A stretch of 64,000 nt of DNA, taken from an uncultured Chloroflexia bacterium (lineage in GTDB: Bacteria > Chloroflexota > Dehalococcoidia > DSTF01 > JALHUB01). The stretch spans positions 37,480 through 101,479 of the forward strand of contig CAVSBT010000030.1 in NCBI GenBank assembly GCA_963726245.1. Direction: 5' to 3'. The position numbers were made by a program, and so were the translations under genes. This document shows positions 34,789 to 44,098 of this stretch, piece by piece (the stretch's first letter is position 1; every line of letters starts with the position of its first letter). Under the pieces are notes generated by a model. The model was given only the letters and a program-made list of their open reading frames with translations, was not told the DNA's origin and did no database searches.

Positions 34789-35469
34789 GTGAAGAAGATC
34801 CTCGTTGTCGATGATGAGCCCACGCTGGTAGCAACGCTCAAATACAACCTGGAGCGCGAAGGCTACCAGGTGTTCACCGCCTCTGACGGTGAAGCAGGCC
34901 TGTCTCTGGCACGCGCCAGCCACCCCGACTTGATTCTTCTCGACCTCATGCTGCCCGTTCTCGATGGCCTCGAAGTCTGCCGCATCCTTCGCCGCGAGAC
35001 GGCAGTCCCGATCCTAATGCTCACCGCGAAGGTCGAGGAGGTGGACAAGGTGGTAGGGCTGGAGCTGGGGGCCGACGACTACGTCACCAAGCCCTTCAGC
35101 ACGCGTGAGCTCCTCGCTCGCGTCCGTGCTCTCCTCCGCCGCGCCGAGACGGCGCCCGCAGCCGAGGCGGAGCTCCTGACCACGGGCGATCTTCAGGTAG
35201 ACCTGCGACGGAGGGAAGCGTCGAGGGACGGCCGGGCGCTGGCCCTCAAGCCCAAAGAGTACGAGTTGCTGCTTTTCTTGGTGCGGAACCGCGGCCGCGC
35301 CTTCACCCGCGAGGAGCTCCTGAGCCGCATCTGGGGATATGACTTCGCCGGCGACTCCCGTACTGTCGACGTCCACGTCCGCTGGCTGCGCCAGAAGATC
35401 GAAGAGGCGCCGGCCAGCCCCACGCGCCTGATCACGATCCGCGGCGTCGGCTACCGGTTCGAGGCGTAA
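34789..35469 (+). CDS. OmpR/PhoB-family response regulator (Pho-type by context)
   Basis: [11 protein letters not shown]...[14 protein letters not shown]...TAK receiver, plus w[12 protein letters not shown]...KEYELLLFL...[12 protein letters not shown]...TIRGVGYRF. Confidence 0.9.
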   Translation: MKKILVVDDEPTLVATLKYNLEREGYQVFTASDGEAGLSLARASHPDLILLDLMLPVLDGLEVCRILRRETAVPILMLTAKVEEVDKVVGLELGADDYVTKPFSTRELLARVRALLRRAETAPAAEAELLTTGDLQVDLRRREASRDGRALALKPKEYELLLFLVRNRGRAFTREELLSRIWGYDFAGDSRTVDVHVRWLRQKIEEAPASPTRLITIRGVGYRFEA

Positions 35470-35471
35470 GG

Positions 35472-36771
35472 ATGGATGCCCGTTCCATCCTGATCGTCGT
35501 TATCACCGCAGCGGTGGTGGCCGCCGCCCTGGGCCTCGCGGTTGGCGGCACCATCCTGCGGCCGCTGGGCCGCCTGACGCGGGCCGCCCGTGGCATAGCC
35601 AGCGGCAACCTCAGCGAGCGGGTGAGCCCGCGGCCTTCCGGAGAAGTGGGCAAGGTGGCCGACGCGTTCAACCAGATGGCCCAAACTCTACAAGATATGG
35701 TGGAGGAGACGGCTCGGGAGCGTCACCGCCTGACGGCCGCCCTCAACAGCAGCATCGACGCGGCGGTGGCGGTGGATCCGGAAGGGCGGGTGACCTTCGC
35801 CAACGTCGCCGCGGAGCGCCTGTTCACGCGCTCTCAGAAAGAGCTGATGGGCAATCCCTTCGCCTGGATCCTGCCTGACGAGCAAGTGATAGAGGCGCTG
35901 CGATCGAGCCGCGAGCAAGGCCGGCAAGAGACGCGCCTCGTCGAGAGGCCGAATCGCCAGCACCTTCAGGTCATCACGGCGCCCATCGTCGGTGGTGGCG
36001 ACTGGGCCACCCTGGTGGTCTTCCACGACCTGACCGACGCCCGGCGAGTCGAGCAAGTGCGGCGGGACTTCATAGCCAACGTCTCCCATGAGCTCAGGAC
36101 GCCGCTTGCGTCAATCAAGTCAGTGGTCGAGACGCTGGAGTCGGGCGCGTTGAACGACCAGGCCATCGCCCGGGAGCTGCTCTCACGGGCAGACGGAGAG
36201 GTGGACCGGCTGGTGCAACTGGTGGAGGAGCTACTGGAGCTATCTCGCCTGGAATCCGGGCAAGCGCCGCTCGCCCGGGAGCCGGTGGACATGGAGGCCG
36301 TCCTGACCAGGGCGGTCGAGCGACTCACGGCCCCAGGCGGCGAAGCGGGAGCTACACCTCACCCTGGAGGTCGCTCCGGGCCTGCCCCCCGTCACCGGCG
36401 ACGCCGAGCGACTGGAGCGAGTGGCCGTCAATCTCATCCATAACGCCCTCAAGTTCACCCCGGCCGGCGGCTCCGTCCGTGTGTCGGCGGGCCTGGTGGG
36501 CGGCGCAGTCACCGTCCAGGTGAGCGACACGGGCAGCGGCATCGCCCCCGAAGACCTGCCGCGCATCTTCGAACGCTTCTACAAGGCGGACCGCGCCCGC
36601 AACCAGCCGGGCGCCCGGACGAGCGGCAGCGGCGGCACCGGTCTCGGCCTGGCCGTGGTCAAGCACACGGTCGAGGTCCACGGCGGCACCGTCGCCGTCG
36701 AGAGCGAGCTCGGCCGGGGCTCCACGTTCAGCTTCTCGATTCCTCTGGCACCTCCCTCCCCGGAGGGTTAG
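35472..36771 (+). CDS. phoR: sensor histidine kinase (PhoR-like: TM, HAMP, PAS, HisKA, HATPase); frame break in CCCC run 36331-36334
   Basis: H box FIANVSHELRTPL, N box LIHNALKFT, G boxes DTGSGI and GTGLGLAVV. C-terminal third lies in the +1 frame (ORF 36421..36771). Confidence 0.85.
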
Positions 36772-36806
36772 GGGTCTGTTGGCAAACCCAAGTGGGCCGC
36801 TCCTGG

Positions 36807-36862
36807 TTCGACAGGCTCACCATGAGCGGATTCTGAGAACCGCTCGTCCTGAGCCTGTCGAA
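36807..36862. repeat. REP-like palindromic element / possible terminator after the kinase gene
   Basis: Arms ttcgacaggctcaccatgagcgg (36807-36829) and ccgctcgtcctgagcctgtcgaa (36840-36862) are reverse complements except for a 5-nt core. A half copy (cttcgacacgctcaggacgagcgg) recurs at 15022-15047. Confidence 0.6.
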
Positions 36863-36960
36863 GGGCGGGCGGCTGCTTCTTCAGCAGACCCTTAACTCCC
36901 CCGTCTTCACGCTCCGCCGCCTCTGGCGATGAGCGCCGGCAACCACGAGAGTCCCCAACT

Positions 36961-36998
36961 TTTACCGCTCGTTCATCCGCGTTAACAACCCGTTAAAC
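36961..36998 (+). promoter_or_regulatory. putative Pho box upstream of pstS
   Basis: Direct hexamer repeats TTTACC (36961), TTCATC (36972), TTAACA (36982), TTAAAC (36993) at 10-11 nt spacing, 75-110 nt upstream of the pstS start. Confidence 0.55.
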
Positions 36999-37072
36999 GA
37001 GAGGCATTATCGTAACAACTAATAGAGGTTGCAGGGAGCAATCATCTCAAAGGAGGAAACCCTTGACGCAAA

Positions 37073-38270
37073 GTGCACACAAGACCAGCGGCGGAAAGGC
37101 GTGGTAGCAGGCTGCCCACGCTCCTGGCGGGTATCCTGGTCCTGGGACTCGTGGGGCTTCTGCTCGCCGCCTGCGGCGGGAGTGACAACAACAGCGGCTC
37201 GGCAAGTCCCACAGCCACGCGGCCGGCGGGCAGCCAGCCATCGCCGAGCGCCCAGGCAGCGACGTCCTGCCCGCCCCCAGGAGCGGCGACCTCACTCACG
37301 GGCGCCGGCGCCACCTTCCCCTTCCCCCTGTACTCCAAGTGGATCTCCGAGTTCGACAAGCAGTGCAACGTCCAGATCAACTACCAGTCCATCGGCTCCG
37401 GGGGCGGCATCAAGCAGATCACCGCTAAGACAGTAGACTTCGGGGCCAGCGACGGCATCATGAACGACGAGCAGACGGCCGCTGCTGAGGCCGCCGGGGG
37501 GCCCATCCTCCACATCCCGATGACGGTCGGCGCAGTCGCCGTGGCATTCAACCTGTCGGGCGTCCAGAGCGGCCAGCTCAGACTCGCCCCCGACGTCCTG
37601 GCGGACATCTACTTGAAGAAGATCACCAAGTGGAACGATCCCCGCATCGCGGCCGACAACTCGGGCGTCAACCTGCCGGACACGGACATCGCCGTCGTTC
37701 ACCGCTCCGACGGCTCCGGCACGAGCTTCATCTTCACCAACTACCTGTCCAAGGTGAGCCAGGAGTGGAGCGACAAGGTGAGCTACGCCACGTCGGTGCA
37801 GTGGCCGGGCGATATCGGCGGCGAGGGGAATGAGGGCGTGGCCAACCAGGTGCGCCAGAATCCCCGGCGCCATCGGCTATGTGGAGCTAGCGTACGCCGT
37901 CCAGAACAATCTGCCCTGGGCTGCGATTCGCAACAAGAGCGGCACGTTCGAGGAGCCCAGCCTGGACGGAGCCACGGCCGCGGCCACAGGCATACCGCTG
38001 CCCGATGACATGAAGGTGCTCCTGACCGACTCCTCGAACCCCAACGCCTACCCCATCGTAGGGTTCACATGGATACTTGCCTACGTGAACCAAAGCGACC
38101 AGGCGAAGGGCCAGGCGCTGGTCTACTACCTGTGGTGGTCCATTCACGACGGCCAGCAATTCAACAAGGACCTGCTCTACGCGTCCCTCTCGCCGGAAGC
38201 AGTGAAGAAGGCGGAGGCGGAGATCAAGTCGATCAGCTACCAGGGGCAGCCCCTGCTGCAGGTCCCCTAG
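37073..38270 (+). CDS. pstS: phosphate ABC transporter substrate-binding lipoprotein PstS; frame break in CCCC run 37862-37865
   Basis: Lipobox LLLAACGG. GAGATFPFPLYSKW and GSGTSFIFTNYL. Tail PGAIGYVELAYA...AYPIVGFTWIL in the +1 frame (ORF 37830..38270). Start GTG 37073 is tentative. Confidence 0.88.
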
Positions 38271-38290
38271 CAGGGTGATGAGGACAAGAA

Positions 38291-39277
38291 GTGCGGCCAG
38301 GGAGAGGCGGCTCAACAACGGCGCCAGCCATGGCGAGGCGTAGGCGCCGGGGCTTCGGCAACTGGAGCGACGCCCTATTCAGAGGCATCTTCGCTGGGAT
38401 GGGGCTCTCGGTGCTGGCGCTGGCTTTCTTCCTGACCTACGAGCTGGTGCTCCAGTCGCGCGAGTCAATCAGCGCCTTCGGCTGGGGCTTTCTCACCGGC
38501 ACGCACTGGGACGCGGCGCATCGGGTGTTTGGGGCGGCGCCCGCCATCTACGGGACGGTCATCAGCTCCCTCATCGCCCTCGTCCTGGCGGTACCTGTCA
38601 GCCTGGGAGCGGCCATCTTCCTCTCGGAGATGGCGCCACCCTGGCTGCGGACCCCCCTGTCCTTCCTCGTCGAGATGCTGGCGGCAATCCCCAGCGTCGT
38701 GCTGGGGCTGTGGGGTATCTACGTCTTGAATCCCTGGGTGGGGGACTTCTTGGAGACGTCGACGCTCAGCCATCTTAGCTTCATCCCCCTTTTCCGTGGG
38801 CATATCTTCGGCGGTTTTGGAATGCTGTCGGCCGGCCTGGTCCTGGCGATCATGGTCCTGCCCATCATCACCGCCATCAGCCGGGACGTGATGCAGGCCG
38901 TGCCGGCAAGCCAGCGGGAGGCGATGGTGGCCCTGGGTGCCACCAAGTGGGAGGTCATTCTAGGGTCCGTGCTCCCGTATTGCCGGTCGGGCCTGGTGGG
39001 GGCGGTCATCCTCGGCCTGGGCCGGGCCCTTGGCGAGACGATGGCGGTCACGATGGTGATCGGCAAGGGCTACAACATCACCGCCGCTCTGTTCGAGCCT
39101 GCCAGCACCGCCGCCAGCACCCTGGCGAGCGAGTTCAACGAGGCCACGTTCAGCCTCTATACCTCTGCGCTGGTGGAGCTCGCGCTCCTCCTCATGGGCA
39201 TAACCCTCCTGGTGAACGTACTGGCCAGGCTTCTGGTATGGCGGGTGGCCCGCTCGCCGGAGCTGATCGCGGAATGA
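38291..39277 (+). CDS. pstC: phosphate ABC transporter permease PstC
   Basis: Multi-TM protein with the EAA-type loop REAMVALGATKWEV. Position after pstS. Confidence 0.88.
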   Translation: MRPGRGGSTTAPAMARRRRRGFGNWSDALFRGIFAGMGLSVLALAFFLTYELVLQSRESISAFGWGFLTGTHWDAAHRVFGAAPAIYGTVISSLIALVLAVPVSLGAAIFLSEMAPPWLRTPLSFLVEMLAAIPSVVLGLWGIYVLNPWVGDFLETSTLSHLSFIPLFRGHIFGGFGMLSAGLVLAIMVLPIITAISRDVMQAVPASQREAMVALGATKWEVILGSVLPYCRSGLVGAVILGLGRALGETMAVTMVIGKGYNITAALFEPASTAASTLASEFNEATFSLYTSALVELALLLMGITLLVNVLARLLVWRVARSPELIAE

Positions 39278-40113
39278 GCGGCATCACCTACCGGCGGCGG
39301 AAGACCGCGAGCGCAATGGCGCTCGGCTTCTGTGCGGCCTCCGCCTTCGTGGCGGTGGGAGTGCTGGCGCTTATCCTGGGCTTTGTGCTGGTCAACGGCA
39401 TCAGGTCTCTGAACCTGGACTTCTTCACCCAAATGCCGACACCCTTGGGCGAGCCGGGCGGAGGTGTCGCGAACTCCATAGCCGGCTCGCTGCTGACCAT
39501 CGGCATCGCCGCCTTCATCGGGATTCCCGTAGGCGTGGGAGCGGGCGTCTTCCTGTCCGAGTACGCGGGCGCCCGCCTGGCGAACGTCATCCGTTTCACC
39601 GCCGACGTCTTGACCGGCGTCCCCTCCATCGTGGTTGGCGTCTTCGTCTATGGCGCAATAGTGCTCAAGATGGGGCACTTCTCAGCCCTGGCGGGCGGGA
39701 TCGCCCTGGCCATCATCATGCTGCCCATCGTCGCCCGCTCCAGCGAGGAGATGCTGAAGCTGGTCCCTCGCTCCCAGCGAGAGGCCGCCCTCGCACTCGG
39801 CATCACCCGCTGGCGGACCATCTTCAGCGTCATCATCCCGGCGGCGCGCCGAGGGCTGGTCACCGGCGGTCTCCTGGCCGTGGCGAGAGCGGGGGGTGAG
39901 ACTGCGCCCCTCATCTTCACCGTCCTCGGCAACCGTTTGTGGACCCTGAGCGTCACCGGCGGCCCCGTCGACGCCTTGCCGCTACGCATCTGGCGTTATG
40001 GTACCGGCCCTTACCCCGAGTGGCACCAGCAGGCCTGGGCGGCGTCCTTCGTCCTGGTCATGATGGTGTTCGTCATCAGCCTGACAGCCCGACTCGTCTT
40101 GAACAGGAAGTGA
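39274..40113 (+). CDS. pstA: phosphate ABC transporter permease PstA
   Basis: ATG 39274 overlaps the pstC stop (ATGA). [16 protein letters not shown] loop. In the frame of ORF 38947..40113. Confidence 0.88.
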   Translation: MSGITYRRRKTASAMALGFCAASAFVAVGVLALILGFVLVNGIRSLNLDFFTQMPTPLGEPGGGVANSIAGSLLTIGIAAFIGIPVGVGAGVFLSEYAGARLANVIRFTADVLTGVPSIVVGVFVYGAIVLKMGHFSALAGGIALAIIMLPIVARSSEEMLKLVPRSQREAALALGITRWRTIFSVIIPAARRGLVTGGLLAVARAGGETAPLIFTVLGNRLWTLSVTGGPVDALPLRIWRYGTGPYPEWHQQAWAASFVLVMMVFVISLTARLVLNRK

Positions 40114-40126
40114 CGCGAGACCCACG

Positions 40127-41002
40127 ATGAAGACCGATTCCCAACTCAAGAGCGAGGCCCCTATAATGGCCTATGAGATGCGTGTAGAGAGCGAAGCCCA
40201 AGGCGCGGTTTCTGAGACGGAGGCCCTGTCAGAGGGGCTGGTCGTCCGTGACCTGAACGCCTGGTACGGGTCGTTCCAGGCCCTGCGCGGCGTCGGCCTG
40301 CTGGTGGCGCCCAGACGCATCACCGCCATCATCGGCCCTTCCGGCTGCGGCAAGTCGACGCTGATACGGTGCTTCAACAGGATGCACGAGGTGACCCCCG
40401 GGGCACGGGTCGCGGGTGAGGTGCTCCTGAGAGGAGAGGACATCTACGCTTCCGGAACGGACGCCGTAGTGGTTCGCCGGCGTGTTGGCATGGTCTTCCA
40501 GAAGCCAAACCCTTTCCCCACGATGTCCATCTTCGACAACGTGGCGGCCGGCCTGCGCCTCAACGGCTTCCTTGTGCGCCGAAGCGAGATGACGGACACG
40601 GTGGAGCGCAGCCTGCGGCAAGCCGCCCTCTGGGATGAGGTGAAGGACAAGCCCAACCGGCCGGCCACGGAGCTCTCCGGCGGCCAGCAGCAGCGACTCT
40701 GCATCGCCCGCGCCCTGGCCATCGAGCCTGAGGTTATCCTCATGGACGAGCCCTGCAGCGCCCTGGATCCCGTCGCGACTCTCAAGATCGAGGACCTCAT
40801 GCGGGAGCTGGCCCGCGAGTACACCATCATCATCGTCACCCACAACATGCAGCAGGCCGCCCGTGTCTCGGACTACACGGCGGTGATGATGATGGCCGAG
40901 GACGGAGCGGGGGAGATGATAGAGTTCGGCTCCACGCGGGAGGTCTTCACCTACCCCAAGGAGAAGCGGACCGAGGACTACATCACCGGCCGGTTCGGCT
41001 AA
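40127..41002 (+). CDS. pstB: phosphate ABC transporter ATP-binding protein PstB
   Basis: [45 protein letters not shown]. Confidence 0.93.
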   Translation: MKTDSQLKSEAPIMAYEMRVESEAQGAVSETEALSEGLVVRDLNAWYGSFQALRGVGLLVAPRRITAIIGPSGCGKSTLIRCFNRMHEVTPGARVAGEVLLRGEDIYASGTDAVVVRRRVGMVFQKPNPFPTMSIFDNVAAGLRLNGFLVRRSEMTDTVERSLRQAALWDEVKDKPNRPATELSGGQQQRLCIARALAIEPEVILMDEPCSALDPVATLKIEDLMRELAREYTIIIVTHNMQQAARVSDYTAVMMMAEDGAGEMIEFGSTREVFTYPKEKRTEDYITGRFG

Positions 41003-41017
41003 GAGGGAACACAAGCC

Positions 41018-41683
41018 ATGACCCGCACCGCCTTAGAACGCCAGCTTGCCGAGATCCAGGAGGACATGCTGGTCCTGGCCAACATGGTGGCGAGCGCCAT
41101 CGACCGGGGCATCCAGGCCTTGCGCAATCGTGACGTAGAGCTGGCCCATCAGATCATCGCCGACGACCTCAAGATCAACCGCAAGCGCTACGATCTCGAG
41201 GAGAAGTGCCTGGAGCTCATGGCCACCCAACAGCCCCTCGCCACTGACCTCCGCACTATTATCGCCGTGCTCTACATCATCGTTGACCTGGAGCGCATGG
41301 GCGACCACGCCGAAGGGATCGCCAAGGTCGCCCTCATGCTGGCCGACGAGCCTCCCCTCAAGCCCTACATCGACATCCCGCGCATGGCCCAAATCGCTAA
41401 CGGGATGCTTATGGGCAGCCTCGAGGCTTTCAAAGCCCGCGACGCAGACCAGGCCCGCGCCATCTGCGACGCTGACGACGAGGTTGACGCCCTCTACGAT
41501 CAGGTCTACAGGGAGCTTCTAACGTTCATGCTCCAGGACCCGCGCACCATCCAGCGCGCCACCCATCTCACCTGGGTAGCCCACAACCTGGAGCGCATCG
41601 CCGACCGGGCGACTAATATCTGCGAGCGGGTCGTCTATCTGGTGGAAGGCAAGACAGAGGACCTGAACGTCTCCAAGTACTGA
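41018..41683 (+). CDS. phoU: phosphate signalling complex protein PhoU
   Basis: Two PhoU repeats (DLERMGDHAEGIA and NLERIADRATNIC). 221 codons. Confidence 0.93.
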   Translation: MTRTALERQLAEIQEDMLVLANMVASAIDRGIQALRNRDVELAHQIIADDLKINRKRYDLEEKCLELMATQQPLATDLRTIIAVLYIIVDLERMGDHAEGIAKVALMLADEPPLKPYIDIPRMAQIANGMLMGSLEAFKARDADQARAICDADDEVDALYDQVYRELLTFMLQDPRTIQRATHLTWVAHNLERIADRATNICERVVYLVEGKTEDLNVSKY

Positions 41684-41721
41684 GCCGGGGCCACCGCTGG
41701 GTCTCGCAGCCCCAAATGAAG

Positions 41722-41750
41722 ATCGGCCGGCATTCTGATGGCCGGCCGAT
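41722..41750. terminator. GC-rich hairpin between convergent phoU and the minus-strand operon
   Basis: Perfect 10-bp stem atcggccggc / gccggccgat with a 9-nt loop. No clear U tract. Confidence 0.45.
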
Positions 41751-41786
41751 TCGTGTTGCCTGCAAGCATGAGGGATTGGCGTCTAC

Positions 41787-42404
41787 CTACTCCGCCACCT
41801 CCATGGCGATGTCACTGTGGTCGTCCAGATGTGGGATCAGCCCGCGCCGAAGGGCCAGAGTGGCGGCCTGGACGCGGTTGGCGGCGCTCCTGACTTCCGG
41901 CGGCCGCGACCGCCTGACTGTCGGCGTTGCCCTGTGCGCTGAGGCAACTACGACGACTGCCTTCGACGGCACCTTCGGCACCTCGTAAGTAGTGCGGGCC
42001 AGCGAACGTTGCTCGGTTGCAGATCTGCCCGCGGCCTTCCTCCGCCGAAGCCACTTGGCACCTCCCAATCCGAGCACTGCTGCGAAGAGAGACAGCGGGA
42101 CCGCTAGCGCGGCTATTGGAAACGAACCCTCTGAGGTCTCCCCTGCCCCAGTCTTAGGTTCGGCTTGCTGGGCAGGCGCGGGCATGGATGGTGGGGGTGC
42201 TGGTGGTCGGAGGCTACGGCACGCCCGTTCAGCACTACCCGTCGCGGAGCCCTGCGTAAGGACGACCTTGACCGAGCGGTCCTGAAAAGCCGCCGGGGAC
42301 GACGCGCCAGAAGAAGGACGACGGCCAGCGTCCTGAGTTTCATCGCGCGTCTCGCGGTTGGTCGGGGCCGTCCCTGCGCTGGCGGAACTGTTGATTGTGC
42401 CCAA
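41787..42404 (-). CDS. hypothetical low-complexity protein with one TM helix followed by RRRK; possibly frameshifted
   Basis: 205-codon ORF. Hydrophobic stretch PIAALAVPLSLFAAVLGLGGAKWLRRRK. A signal-peptide-like start, MKLRTLAVVLLLA, sits in a neighbouring frame (ORF 42113..42343). No family recognised. Confidence 0.3.
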   Translation of the reverse strand: MGTINSSASAGTAPTNRETRDETQDAGRRPSSGASSPAAFQDRSVKVVLTQGSATGSAERACRSLRPPAPPPSMPAPAQQAEPKTGAGETSEGSFPIAALAVPLSLFAAVLGLGGAKWLRRRKAAGRSATEQRSLARTTYEVPKVPSKAVVVVASAHRATPTVRRSRPPEVRSAANRVQAATLALRRGLIPHLDDHSDIAMEVAE

Positions 42405-42406
42405 GC

Positions 42407-42781
42407 TTAGCCCGAACCAACCGGGGCTTCATTCTCAGCGTCCGAGGACGAGAGCCTGGCACCGACGCTTAACCCAGCGCGGTCAACAAACCCCGGCGGT
42501 AGTTCGAGCACGCTGTGCGCCCGCCGCCCACCCATCGAGAGACGGAATGGACGGAGACGTGAGCACGTCTTTACCACCGTCCCGTCAGAGGCCAGATAGG
42601 CCACATCGATGGGGAACCTCATGAAGAATGTGTGGATGGACCTGCAGGGCCTGATCCACAGTCCCTGACCCTCGGGGGGTCCCTTGCGGCCCAGTAGGCC
42701 TACAGCCCGAGTCCAAGGATTCTCGGCCACCTCAGCCAGGCACAGCTGATGGCCGGCTACATGAATCTGGACTAGTCTCAT
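42407..42781 (-). CDS. DUF192 domain protein
   Basis: LAEVAENPWTRAVGLLGRK...GLWIRPCRSIHTFFMRFPIDVAYL...HSVLELPPG. Confidence 0.8.
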   Translation of the reverse strand: MRLVQIHVAGHQLCLAEVAENPWTRAVGLLGRKGPPEGQGLWIRPCRSIHTFFMRFPIDVAYLASDGTVVKTCSRLRPFRLSMGGRRAHSVLELPPGFVDRAGLSVGARLSSSDAENEAPVGSG

Positions 42782-44096
42782 GAGGCCTTGGACTTGAGGA
42801 AGTATGTGTGGCAGACCTCGTCCAGCGACTCCGGCGTCACGACCGGCTGGCCACTCTCGCTGTACCGCGCCGAGTCGACGATTGCGTCGATGAGATCGCG
42901 GGGGTGGCAGCCGCGCAGCGCACGCTGCTGCGGCTCATACCACTGCTTGAAAAGGTAGTCGACCGCCTCGCCGCGGAACTCGATGCCTTGTTCCCCGCAG
43001 ACCCGCGCGAAGATGGCGCGGAACTCCTCTGGAGTGGGGTCCGGGATCTCCACGTTGTAGCGTATGCGCCGCCAGGAATGCCTCGTCCGCCAGGGCTTCC
43101 GGCGGCAGGTTGGTGGAGAAGAATGGAATGACGTCGAATGGCACTTCAATTGTCTGGCCCGTGTGCAGAGACAGGTGGTCGACACCACCCTCTAGCGCGA
43201 CGATCCAGCGGTTCAGTAGCTCCACCGCCGGTATCTGCTGCCTGCCGAAGTCGTCGATGATCAGGATGCCGCCGTTAGCCTTCATCTGCAGCGGCGCCTC
43301 GTAAACCTTCGACCGCTCGTCGAGCACGAGCTCCAGGCCCTGACGCGTCAGTTCGCCGCCCGTCAGCACAGCGGGGCGTCGCGCGATCGCCCAGCGACGG
43401 TCGTGTCTGCGCGTGTGTACGTCCCTTCCCTTCTCAGCGTAGTCCGCCAATTCGTGTTTCGACGGATCGAAGAGCCGGACGATGTGGCCGTACACCTCCA
43501 GTGCATAGGGAACGGCGATGTAGCCTGAAAGCGCCTGGCCCAGCAGGTGGGCGATTGTCGTCTTGCCGTTGCCGGAGGGCCCATAGATCAGTGTCGGCCG
43601 GCCTGAGAATATGGCCCGCCCGACGCGATTCCTGGTGTGTTCGCTGAGCACGAGCTGGGAGAGCGCCTTTGGGACGACCTCCGCGGTGAAGCCGCTACCG
43701 CCCGCAGACTGGAGTCGCACCTGGGCGATGTATTCTTTCAGAGGGACCGGTGCCTGCCCGATGTATGAGTTGCGCTCGAAGGCGACGCGCCGCGCGCTCC
43801 AACCCTCGACTGCTGAGCCGGTAGCGATAGCTGGCGGGTCCCTGGCCCTCGCCGGCGACGGTCTCGCAGAGGCCGTCGCCTGTGAGCAGCGCCAGTGCCT
43901 CCTGCATGACCGGTAGCGAGAGAGCCAGTGTGTCCGCAAGGTCGTCGGCCGTTGGTCGGGCGCTGTAGTAGAGCGCCTTCAGCGCCAGCTCGATGACGAA
44001 GGCGGCATCGAGCCCCGTGTCGCGCAGGTAGGCGGGCTCACGAGGGAGTTGCTCGTCCAGCTCCGCCGGCTCGACTGTTTGAGACGGGTAGCGCAT
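42778..44096 (-). CDS. AAA+ ATPase with N-terminal wHTH-like domain; two frame breaks (~43080, ~43795)
   Basis: Walker A GPSGNGKTT, Walker B GILIIDDFG, LNRWIVALEGG, FLRRIRYNVEIPDPTPEEF. Spread over ORFs 43695..44096, 42935..43939 and 42778..43188. Confidence 0.75.
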
Positions 44097-44098
44097 CT

